Assembly: GCA_049999805.1 (NCBI GenBank)
Contig: JBNGIO010006293.1
Span: forward strand, 174,171-209,165
DNA length: 34,995 nucleotides
Direction of reading: 5' to 3'
Source of the DNA: Folioceros fuciformis
Lineage: Eukaryota
Each line of letters begins with the position of its first letter. Positions within the stretch are counted from its first letter, which is position 1. Shown one piece after another: positions 1 through 10,880 of the stretch. The translations under genes were made by a program, and so were the position numbers. The notes beneath the pieces were generated by a model. The model saw only the letters and a program-made list of their open reading frames with translations. It was not told where the DNA came from and did no database searches.

Positions 1-174
1 GTCCACATCCTCCTCCCCTTACCGCATCAACCGCTCCTCCCTCCTCATAATCACCCTACCGCCCACCAAACCCTCGTCTTCCCCCGGCACCAACCCGTCA
101 CTCCCTCACTTCCTCCTCCATTCCCCGTCGCGCACCCCTGCCCGCCCGCTCTAGGAGCGCGCCCACTCACTCAC

Positions 175-700
175 CTACCGGCTCCGACCACCGGCAGGCC
201 CTCCCTACCGAATGCCGAGCTACCTACCGGGAGCAGCTTCCTCTGGCCCCGGTAGGAGACGGGCAGACGGAGATCCTTCGCTCCTGGGCAGTGCGCACAT
301 CCGCTCCTAGCGTATCACGCCAAGCGTGGGCTACTGACGGGGCCGCACCAGCAACAGCAACACTACACGACTGCCCCGCGCCTTCCCGCATCGGCAGCTA
401 CCGCAGACAAGAGCGAGCCGCACATCAATCTGCTCGCCGCTGCCAGCCGCGTCCAGATCCGTGGCCAGCCTGCAAATCCGCCACGATCGCGTCTGGGGAT
501 TGAAGCCACCACAGAAAACGCGCTGGAGGATCCGCTTGCTTATGCCGCTTTCTGGCTGGGCAAACGACGCAGCCGTCTTCCTCCGCCGCGAATTGCGAAT
601 CGCGATTCCGCCTCCCCGGCGATACTGGCGATACTCGCAATTGGACCGGGTGCGCCGGACATGGCTATAGCAATCATGGGGGCCATGGATTTCCCGTGTT
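175..700 (-). other. Probable first (5' UTR) exon of a gene continuing leftwards out of the window
   Basis: GC-rich, with a canonical minus-strand donor AG|GTGAGT at 175/174. No recognisable protein in the ORFs. Confidence 0.25.
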
Positions 701-962
701 TCCCCATCGGACAGCCCTGGAAATTCCTGCCTTGCATCATGACTTGGCCTGGCCTGGCCGCTCGACCTGGAGTTGTGGCATGCCATCCATTCTGCACTCC
801 CCTTCTTCTGCAGTAGGTAGACTTTTTTAGGTACAGTATGTGTACCTTCACTCTCGCCTATCCCAATAAAAGGAGTTTTCACTCGCTCCGTCCTAAGCCT
901 AAGCATGGTCAAATTTTAATTTAATTTTAATTCAAAAATTCTTCTATCATCCTGCATGCTTA

Positions 963-1066
963 ACCCTAGAGTTCTTAGAAAGTTGTGTCCACATATCTTA
1001 GGCCAAATCACAACACCCTAGAGTTCTTAAGAACTTGTGTCCAAATAGCTTAGGCCAAATACACAC
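963..1066. repeat. Imperfect ~52-bp tandem duplication, possibly a TE subterminal repeat
   Basis: accctagagttctta...ttgtgtcca...ttaggccaaat starts at 963 and again at 1015. Confidence 0.85.
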
Positions 1067-1300
1067 ATCCTATATGAAGAGGGACCAAGAGAAGAAATCA
1101 CCAAGGAAGGGTATCAATAATTTATCATTGACCAACTAAAAAAATGCGAAGAGGTTGCTTGTGGAGCATAGCATCAACGAAGGTTAACTTAATCTTCTCT
1201 AACTTATAAACCGCCTCCTCCATGGGTAGGTATGATTCTAGTGCAAATCTTTTCTAGCCGTGAGAAATCCTACCATCCTCCATTCCTTCCATTTGAATTT

Positions 1301-1311
1301 GTGAGGACTCC
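1301..1311 (+). repeat. LINE target-site duplication, left copy (GTGAGGACTCC)
   Basis: Identical to 3753-3763. Confidence 0.92.
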
Positions 1312-3752
1312 AACCCAGACGGATCGCAGTTAAGGGTCTTCGCGTTTGCCGATGATACCCTTCTTTTTTGCTCGGCAGAGGAGGCTTCTTTGAACGCTCT
1401 GCTCTAGCAAGTCAAGGTCTTTGGGGAGTTGTCGGGTTGCAAGGTTAATTGGAATAAGACTCGTATGATGTGTTTACACATGGAAGGGGAGCTTCCTCTA
1501 TGCATTTGGCATATTCGGCGAGTGACACAAGGGTCCTCTCACAAATATTTGGGACTTCCCTTCCATGAGGGAGACGAGAATGGTGAGATAGGTAAGTATG
1601 TGTGCCTCAGATTCATTCGTAAAGCGGTGAGCTTGCAGCTGTTGGAGCTTAACCTTGTAGGAAGGTTGGTGGTGATTAACCATATCCTCACAGCCTCTCT
1701 ATGGTATTATTTGTTCTTGTGGGCCCCTTCCAACACGGAGGTAAAACAGTTGCAACAGGTGTTGACTTCATTCTTGTGGAAACGCGCGGGGGATAGTTCG
1801 ACTGGGTGCTCTAAGGTGGCTTGGCAACACATTATCCAGGCACGTAGTTTGGGGGGGCTTTGGGTGGATGATCCAGTTGCCAAGATGAAAGTCTTGCATG
1901 CTCAATGGGTTGTCAGGGCGGCGGATCCGGCCTTCTACCCGTGGAAGAGCTTGCTAACACAACATTTGGAGTGTACTCAAGTTGTCCCTGGGGGAAGGAG
2001 GTCTATCGACAACATCCTTGCGGATAAACCACTTCTTGATACGATAGAGTGCTCTCCACTCTTCAAGTCAATCTAGAGTAGCTACTTAGAGGTTAAGCGA
2101 TGCATTCTCCCTAGTTACCCTCTGCAAGTTGATGACGTTCTGGGTATTCCTTTGCAAGGTTTCTCGAAGTTGTGGGCTCAAGAATTTAGGGCAACGGTGT
2201 ATCAGTCACAAATCTTCGGATTGGTGTGTCGGAAAGGAGTTATCCAGCTTGGTCACCTATGGAACAGATCAGAGGCCCGTTGGAAAGAGGTGGAGGAAGT
2301 TAAGGGTGAATTTGGTTTAGGGACTAGACATGTTCGGCACATTTTCTCACAGCTGCAAGAGGGGTTAGAGGAGAAGGTTCAACGGGTGTTAAGGCAACAA
2401 CCTGCCTAGAGCAGCGAGGGTTGGCATGTGTATACCATGGATAGTAAGGGAGCCGATTCTAAGGAGGATGAACAGGAGGAAGTCCTTGAATTGGATAGGG
2501 CAGTTTGGCTTACAGGCATGGCTGAAAAAGAAGAACTGGGGTCATTCAAGGTCCTTGCACCTGAAGGGCTTTTGGAGGATAAGAGTAGGGATGACGGTGA
2601 TATCCAAAGAAGGGAACTTAGGTCCATCACAGTCCTCTCTTAGTCTGTTCGCGCAAGGCGTTGGTGCACCCAAGTCGAACGTTCTAATGGGCCACAAACC
2701 TCGGACAAGCCAGGAGTTCGATGTTGGTTTCAGCTTGCGGAAAATTGGGAGTTGGCCTTAAGACCTGATCTATACAATTGGCCTAGGAGGCCTGGTGCAA
2801 GGCGGTCAACCTTCGGTCTTTCTTCAACTTCCCAATGGTGAACCTCTACTTATGGATGGTACGAGTGCAGAAACTCAAGCAACGGCAACCAATGGCTCCC
2901 AGGCTATAGCTATTTGTGCGGAGGCAAAAGGAAGCTATCAAGCTGCTTTGGAAGTCAGTGGGAATTCCTCCCAAGGTTAGGACGACGGTTTGGTGTTTTT
3001 TTCAAGCTTGTTTGCCTAATTTGGACCGGTGGGATGGCTTGTTGGCTACTACGAGGGAAGACCAGTGTCGACTGTGCTCCTTTGGTGCCCCAAATAAAAG
3101 CCAACACACGTTCTTCTCCTGCAATTTTGCCCAAGAGATATGGAGTGAGGTGGGCAATTGGTTGCAAAGGATTCTCTCTGACGCCTGCCTCAGGATCACG
3201 AAACAAACTGCCCTTTTTGGGTTGGATGCAACCTTGGGCAAAGCTCTACTTCAGGCGCAACGGTGGGGTTTACTCTGGTCTTCTTGCCTTTTTCATCTTT
3301 GGGTCAACTGATCTTCTGTGGTCTGTGGAGGTAATGAGCCAGTCTCATCTAAGGCTCTGCTATGGCGCATCTAGGAGCATTTACTAATTGCAGCAGATAG
3401 TCTGAGGCAAGCTGATCGAAAATAGTTCAAGCGGAGTGAATGGAGGTCAACGGGTTTCCTAGTTAACCGGAATAATGAGCACTGGAACCATGCCTGTCCT
3501 TGGGGAAGGTGAGCCTCCATGATCCCAGGGCGAGTTTGAGGTTAGTCTGGATGGTCTTAGCAGTCCGCTAATATTAGGGTGATGGGGAGCATTTCCCGAG
3601 GCCTGTCCAAAGGGCTAGACACGGGGCCGGATTTTTACTCTTCTGAGTGTGGTACGCATGCTATGTAAATACGTAGGAGGGGTCCCCTTAGTACTGTAAG
3701 AGGACAACACTATTAATCAGAATCCTTTTCTTCGCGAAAAAAAAAGAAAAAA
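1312..3752 (+). mobile_element. 5'-truncated L1-type LINE (RT C-terminal half plus zf-RVT), inactivated
   Basis: RT motif FADD at 1345-1356, then SGCKVNWNKT, KYLGLP, KVAW and GGLW. Zinc knuckle CRLC-x-HTFFSC at 3066-3122. A-tail at 3737-3752. Exact TSD. Several in-frame stops and frameshifts. Confidence 0.93.
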
Positions 3753-3763
3753 GTGAGGACTCC
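3753..3763 (+). repeat. LINE target-site duplication, right copy (GTGAGGACTCC)
   Basis: Directly follows the poly(A) tail and is identical to 1301-1311. Confidence 0.92.
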
Positions 3764-4019
3764 TCGCCCTTAATCCTTCTGCAACAATTAAGAGATGTTC
3801 ACAAATACACCCAAGCAATGCTGTGGAAGTCATAGGATCGTTGCCCCCATAAACCACTACTGTCCAATTAGACCACAAGCCATGCAAGCAAGAGCTCTAG
3901 ACCACAACCCACCATTGATTTTGCAAGAGCGCGTTACTTAACACTTTGTCTAGACCAAAGAGGGCAATCTGTTCTATAACAACTATACTCTTCACAAGGA
4001 AGAGGTCTTGCAATGAAAC

Positions 4020-5061
4020 AATGAAAGCTTGGCATGCAGATGGGACATTCTTCATGATGCTCAATGGTGATTTGCATACAAAATGTCCTACCCCAATTTT
4101 ATGGGATTGGTAAATCTACTACGACTTTATACTATTTTATCTTCTCTCTGCCAACCTCTTCACTTAGATCATGCAATTGCTATGGTACTTCATAGACTTG
4201 CTGGAGGCTTATCACCTCACATCTTTGTTGACATGTATGGAGTTGGTGTGACTACTATGGTGCAATACTCTTTACATATCACAAAAGTGCTAAGCAATCC
4301 AAAGAAGTTGTTCTCACAATTTGTTGCATGGTCGTTTATTTACACATAATAAGTCATTCCTGCCAAGTTTCAAGATCTTATAGGATTATCTAACATGGTG
4401 GGCTGCATTGATGAATCACATATCAAGTTAGCAACACAACCTGACAAAAAGGATAACCCTATTGTGTATTGGTGTAGATGTGATATACATCCTATTGTCT
4501 TGCAAGGTGTATGGAATGTAGACAAAGGATTTTTGGATGTTTGTTGCACTCATTCAGAGGGGGTTCACGATGCTACCATTTTGAAGGAGAGCAGTCTTTG
4601 GAAGAGAATGATGAAAGGAGACATTTTGAGTAAGCTTATAGTCCAAGTTCAAGGCTATGCTATTACTATGTACATTGTTGGAGATAGTGCATATCCTCTT
4701 ATGCCTTTTTTGTTGAACAACAAGTGGGCAGGATGAGAAGACAAGATTCAATAGAAGCATGCACAAGGGTCGGGTAAAGATAGAGAATGCATTTGCATTG
4801 TTAAAGAAAAAGAGGAGAATTTTGAAGAACTTGAATATCAAGTTGAAATATGCATCCCATATGGTTATGACTCGTTGTGCTTTGCACAATTATTGTATCA
4901 TAGTGGATGAGCCTCAACCCATGGATATAGATGCAAATATATATCCATTACACGAGGAAGGACATATCAATATATGGCAAGGAGTAACCACTAGAACATT
5001 GTACAATGAGGCAAAGGCTAGGCAGGAAGCATTATTTGAAACTGAGAAGAGGAATTTCTAA
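4020..5061 (+). pseudogene. PIF/Harbinger (HARBI1-like, DDE_Tnp_4) transposase pseudogene
   Basis: Motifs in order: W*FAYKMSYPNF, LHRLAGG, VGCIDESHI, VLQGV, GVHDA, YIVGDSAYPL, RVKIENAFALLK, CALHNYC. Broken by stops and frameshifts. Confidence 0.92.
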
Positions 5062-5141
5062 ATGGATTTCAAGTAGGATGAGTTTGCAATTCCGACGACC
5101 CAAGCTAGAGCGTGATAGCGTAAAATATATTTTTATTAACT

Positions 5142-5400
5142 TCAATTATAAATAAATTTTTGTAGTTTTGATATTATGAGGTTCTCAAGCTTTTGCTTGC
5201 ATTCCTTTGCTGAAAGACGTTGGAGGTGGCAAATACTCCCAACTTCCTTTGCACTCTCACTACAGTGTTTGGTAGATAGATTTCCAACCTTGAGATACAC
5301 CACATGCATCTCGTGGTAAGCATCTATCGGGGTGGATGTTGCTTCATCCATCTAATTGACATAATCGGTTCTTCTAGCTTTTGCTACTTGATATTTTGTA
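5142..5400 (-). pseudogene. Trihelix-type Myb/SANT-like DNA-binding ORF (Harbinger second protein), decayed
   Basis: N*MDEATSTPIDAYHE...GNLSTKHCSESAKEV...SAKECKQKLENL matches the pattern W-x-E/D-A-T-x-x-L-I-D-A...GNL..KHW.EVA...CK.K.ENL. The TAG at 5352-5354 sits at the conserved Trp. Convergent with the transposase. Confidence 0.75.
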
Positions 5401-5840
5401 GGGGAGCCTACAACAACGTCGTATGGGTCTTCATGCTCTCCAAGATTTGAAAAGATATGGAGGCTTGCTCCATCACACTCATTGCAAATAACATAAGCCA
5501 CAAGAACTTGAGCTCGAAGCCAAGTTGAACATGGCTTATCGAACTGAAAGCCATGCACGACCGAAAGAGTTCAATATGGTGCAAGAGTTCACTATGGTGC
5601 AAGTTGGGCACTTTTGTACTCCAAATCATTAGATATTAGGGCATAATTTACTCAATAAAAACCCAAGCTTAAAAATCATGGGTGCACCCATGTGACCAAG
5701 TTCTACTAGTTATAATATCAATGGGACCTGCTACAACGATTTTGGAGATGAAGGTGTGATTTGAAGGCGCACTCTACACACAGAAAGATGAAAAAAAGAT
5801 ATGCTAAATATAACCTTTTCCTATCTTTTTACCCATTGAC

Positions 5841-7019
5841 TATGAATGTGCCTTTATGTTTGTCGTCTACGTTATGAAAGGGCTCTCAATAAACAAAGTT
5901 GTTGCACGGTTCCAATTGTCATTTAAGGGAAAGGTAGGCATGCAAAGTTCTTCGTGTTGCTTGTCGTTATGACGCTTTACTAACTTGGATTTTTTCCTAT
6001 GTGTAGCAAGTAAAGAATGTAGAAGATGTGAAAAAGACACTAGAAGCATTATAGGCTTTCATCTTGGAGGTCCATACATGGAAAGGACTCGAGAACGAGC
6101 ATTGTGCTTTGGCGTACTTGGATATGGAGGCTAGGTTGCAAACGTTCATGGTCCCACACACCAAAGCTGTTATGTAATCTCAAGTGGTGGTAAGAGATGT
6201 GTTGGATATACAACATTGATCATGGATGTCCTCAGAGGGTTTCAAAAAGGACCATATGATAGTTGTATGGAACAAGCACATTTGTCCACTATATACCAGT
6301 TTTTCAATGATATGACAATCTCATAAGTCATAAAATTCATTATCATACATGTTTACTTTATATCATGCATTCAGCTAAGAGGCTTAAGCTAGAAAAACAT
6401 AACACAAAGACAAAGTACTTTAATGAAGAAAGAAGTTCTTATATAAAAAAATTGAGATGTCTCTTGAGTTATAAATCTAACCCTTAGTCTACGAACTAAG
6501 GTATAAACTGTATTAGTGTTTCATTCCTATTGGGATAAGACCAACATGCCCAATGACTTGGGGGGTTTCAATAGAGTGATAAAAATCAGTTGGGGCACTT
6601 CATCAAGCAACACAAAGACAAAAGTCGTTATGCAACCCATTATATCGCAAGGATCCTTCAACAATGGTAGTGCTGTCATGTCTCATGATACATACTGTTG
6701 TGAGGAAATTGTTATACATGTCTCGCAATAAGTTGGTTTTAAGTCTTACCAATGCCCACTTGGTCTTATGATGAAGCTTATCACAATGTTCTCAACGGAG
6801 GGCGATTGGATTGTTGATGTTTGTTCAAGTAGTGGGTCCACAACATTGGCAACATTGTTATGTAGGTGTAGTTGCTCCATTGCCATTGATGTAAACAAGC
6901 GATGCATCGAGTTTATACCACAACACATCCATGGATATGAGGTTTTATCATATGTGAATGAGGAACTAACATACGAGCCGCATCGTCGGGAACTTCCCAA
7001 TTCTTGGCCAAAGAAGTGA
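5841..7019 (+). pseudogene. Decayed beta-class N4-cytosine/N6-adenine DNA methyltransferase-like gene (N6_N4_Mtase type)
   Basis: QCPLGLMMKLITMFSTEGDWIVDVCSSSGSTTLATLLCRCSCSIAID (6750-6890) matches QKP..L...LI..FS..GD.VLD.F.GSGTT..A....R..IGIE. Upstream in the same frame are YWDKTN (~6528) and a degenerate motif IV-like LIMDVLRGF...YD (6216-6260). Likely GT-AG intron at 5934-6006. Several stops. Confidence 0.72.
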
Positions 7020-8819
7020 GCCAACTAGAGAAAAAGACGTTTCCGTCTCCCAGATTGTGCTTTTGGGACTTAGCAAGTTGAAGGAGGAGATGGGTGGTCT
7101 TAGTGCATGCAACAATGCAAAGCAAAAAGAAGCACTAGTGCAACCCGCCTTCGAGACCACATGTAAGGGTGATACTACACCAGGCAACGCCATGGAAGAC
7201 AGATGTATTTGAGGAGAACGACATTCAGTGGCTCCAAGGCATCGGCGTAGTCCCATATAGCATATCGATCCCTTGCCCTATAGAGTCACAATGTCAAGAG
7301 GAGCTTTTCATCTGTTTGCTGTATTTGTGGGATGTTAAGTTTAAAGCAAAGGCCTTAATATTATTCGCATTGTGGGGCTCGTAATCACCTTGGAGGGGAG
7401 GAGAACGCTGGCATGCTGGTGCCCCCCTTATTTCCTCCTCATTTTAAGGTGTAGTCAACCGGAAAAAATGGAATTCACCATTAACTATTTCAAACAATAG
7501 TCTGAATATTTTCCCACCTTGCCAAGACCGATAAATGGGGCCTATTCATCCTAAAGGATGATGGACAAAAGGGTTGGTGAAGGGTATTTGGCTATCTCGA
7601 CCCTTTGTGAGAAGGCTTGTCTCTAGACTCATCAACTTTTGCTCCCTACTCTTTTGAGATCGAATCAGCCAATTGGAAACAATAGAGGTATAGAAATTAA
7701 AGAAAGACTTGGAGGTGGCATTATTGTTCCTCTCTCGTGATGGCCACTTGAAGAGATCAGGTCTAAGCGTTTATTGCCAATTTTTTGCAAGCTAGAACCA
7801 GCACAAAGCTGGATCTATGCTCGAGGGACTGCGCCTCTCTAACACTTCTTCTTGGGTGTGCCACCAACTTGTTCTTGAGGTTCTTGTGAGAATGGTAATT
7901 AGGTGCAGCATTCTGCTGCAAATATCCCCCTTATCCCTCTCGAGATTATCTAGTGTGCTAGATGGAGAAACAACTTTGAATGATGTAGCCACCCGAAGTT
8001 AAGCGAGACTTGCACCACTCTATCAAACTTCAGGGGTCTACTCCTAATTTGAGGATTGCTTCATCCACCATGGCCTCAAGAGCAACAAGCACCCCATGCT
8101 CCATCTGCGACCTCCCTTTGCTTCAGAAGCGCATGACAAACTCATGCCTGCATTCCTTCTGAAACTATGTCGATAGTCGTCTACCCTATGTAATCTCTTC
8201 TACAACCTAAGGTTTCTTTAATCTGATTTTTCTTCCAATAGTGAATACTATTAAGAAGAACATGTATATTGTGCTGACCTCTCATTCCCATCTATGGATT
8301 AATTCTAAATTTTAAACTATATTACCGTAGTTGATATATCCATTTAGCGGAAAATAATTATTTTTTACACTGGCCGAAAAACATACATATTTTTTGGGGC
8401 TTTGCCTAAATTTACATAAATCCATATAGAACTTTGCCGAAATGGGTGGATAATGTTTGCTTGTGGGCACATAACGCGTTGTGGGCGCGGCTTTGCTTGC
8501 GGGCACGGCTTTCGGGTACGTTCACTGGTGTATATGTTGTGGCTGCTCCAGTCCTCCACGAGCTTGGCATGGCGGGAGGCAGGCTCGTTGCAACTGCAAG
8601 GTGGAGCGAGCTCCTCCTTGATGGAGCTCTGCAGCTCGTAAGCTGTAGCGCCAAGCTGCAACCTACAGGGGGGTGGATAGCTCGGGCCTACCTGTAGGCT
8701 GACAGCGTCTCTAGGCTGCTCCAACAGCAACTTGGAGGCACTAATCTGCAGCTTGGAGGCCACATGTTTAATCCAGCTTAGGTTGATGACCAGCTCATTT
8801 ACTTAGATTTGCAGATGGG

Positions 8820-10880
8820 TCACAGTCCATGGACAACAAAGCCTTTAGGTGCAGCACTGAGGAGCCGAGCACTAACACCTCTAAAGGTACACGTGCTTCC
8901 ACTCTTCTCCAACTCCTGCCCTGTCTTGGAATGCCTTTCTATTGCAGCAATTTGTGCTTGCTGACGAAGGTTTTGTCTTGCAGCCCGTACTGGAGGAAGG
9001 ACTAGTGAAGAAGATGCGTCTTCCAAGCACCTGGTCATAACTTCAACAAGTTCTAGGTCATAATCTGCAAACATAACTTCAACATCATCCTCTCCGGGCA
9101 TCATCTTCCAAGGCATCATTATGTCCAGCTGAGAATAGTGGAGTTTTAGCATTCATCTCCATAGCTGCAATTTGAAAATCTGCATCGAATGCTTGCAAAA
9201 TCTTGCAAGTCTGCCACCCTTTGATAAGCATAGCATCCATAGCTTTAACGTGAATCCAAGCCTTAAGTAGCCAATCACACACAAACTTCTTCAGGTTTTT
9301 AATGCTCAAGTCTAGTGCCACTTTCTCTCCCCTTCCTAGCTGATCCATAACAATTGTGGCTATCTACTTGTTGAAATCTTCCTTGAAGGCATGTTTCAAG
9401 GGACGCTGAAGGATAACATCAACTGGTTGGAGTTTGCTAGTGCAGTTTGCGGGAACATATAGCAAGCAAATGAAAGGGTAAGCTTCCTTCATCCATGTAG
9501 TAAACTCAGCAGATGTATGAACGCTCCAGCAATCTATCAACCACACCATTTTTTGCCTTGGGCCAAGCTGAAACTGTTCCACATGCTTGTGATAATATGG
9601 GACTAACACATGCTCAACAAAATGCTTACACGTTGCTATGGTGGACCAATGTGTTTCAGAATAGGTGATGTGGAACTTAGCATCTTTGGCTTCCTTACTC
9701 AGCGAAGGAAGTGAGCTTGCTGTCTTGCCTTGTACAATAATTTGCAAGGGTAAGAGTCCTCCATCCGTTGCAGATGATACAACTGCTATGATCTGTCTTT
9801 TGTCATCCTTTCCTAACACCTTGACGTCCTTCGCTCCTTTCTTCTCCCAAGTGTGTTCGCTCAAAGGCACCAAATGTATGCCCGTTTGGTCAGAATTAAC
9901 CACTAACACTGCTGGAATTGTATAGGCCTTTACAAGGTATGCAATCCGGGACGCCATTCTGGTGCCTTGTGTTTCCCAATCCAAAGGCAACTTGGAAGCT
10001 GTAGTTGTCGTAATCCGGAATGACCAGCCAAGTTCCTTCTTCATGAAAGTCCTAACCGATTGCAAGCTGACCTTGAACCCTCCATGTTTTCCTGTTGTCA
10101 ACAGCTCTAAAGCCCTTGCCTCAACAATACCTCGGATGATAGGCTGCACTATTGGAGCAGACAGCTGTAGCCCTATTGTGTCGGATCTCAATGTAAGAAG
10201 GACATCACAAATTTCTTTTTTCAAGTCTGGATAATCCTCTAACACAGCTAGGTGGTGAAGATTACTAGCAAATCCTATCTTACGTTCAATAGCTCGATTA
10301 ACATGAGGCTTCAACTCACTAGATAAATCCTATCTTATGTTCAATAGCTCGATTAGCATGAGGCTTCAACTCACTAGATAAATCCTATCTTACGTTCAAT
10401 AGCTCGATTAGCATGAGGCTTCAACTCACTAGATAATGTGAACTAATCATTTAAGGTACCACTTGATAACTTTATATATGGACTTTCGCCTCTCACTTTT
10501 CGGTGTGCTGTCTACAAGTAATTCAAAGTTCATGAGATGTTCTTCTAAGATGTTCTTCTAGGGTCTTCATGGCTGCAACAATTGGAGGCCATAAATCATC
10601 TGTAAACCAATTAGTGTATGGACCCCGGTGTTTCCTTTTGTTCTTTCCAACATCTCTTAAAGCTAGGGCAGGACCATCCTCTTCATTAGTGCTTGGAGGC
10701 ACTAATGCTGCAAATATTGTCTTTCTTGGCCTCCGTACAAGACACTTCACAAATGATGCCTTTGGGACCATCCTTGCCAACTCCTCTTCGAACATCAAGC
10801 TCCTCTTCTCCAATTCCAACTATTTCTCCTCAGCATTGATTTTTGTAAAATTTAGAAGGGTCTGCTGGACAAGTGCCATT
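8820..10880 (-). pseudogene. pogo-like DDE_1 transposase, disrupted
   Basis: ORF 9364-10314 has NSDQTG, LIDCWSVH and VPANCTSKLQPVDV (37 residues between D2 and D3). It continues in frame past the TAG at 9364-9366. The N-terminal part (10523-10819) is separated by a tandem triplication. Confidence 0.88.
10271..10435. repeat. 3 x 55-bp near-perfect tandem repeat within the pogo transposase
   Basis: aatcctatcttacgttcaatagctcgattagcatgaggcttcaactcactagata starts at 10271, 10326 and 10381. Confidence 0.97.

Larger units (their letters stand above)
909..8322. mobile_element. Decayed PIF/Harbinger-type DNA transposon region with a nested LINE and extra ORFs (boundaries approximate)
   Basis: AT-rich block containing a DDE_Tnp_4-type transposase and a convergent Myb/SANT ORF, the two-gene layout typical of Harbinger. 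No clear TIRs or TSD were found. Confidence 0.55.

Noticed and set aside
291-912. ORFs up to 193 aa
   Set aside because: No recognisable domains. Overlapping ORFs in GC-rich promoter/UTR DNA are expected by chance.
7921-7938. KYPPY as the MTase catalytic motif
   Set aside because: It lies about 1 kb downstream of motif I, the wrong order for beta class, and lacks the D/S/N residue.
7520-7990. SET-domain remnant (KTDKWGLFILKD...), as in HarbingerS elements
   Set aside because: Only a short GLF-like match. No NHSC or ELxFDY motif was found.
10271-10435. CRISPR-like or regulatory array
   Set aside because: No spacers; it is a simple tandem amplification of transposase coding sequence.
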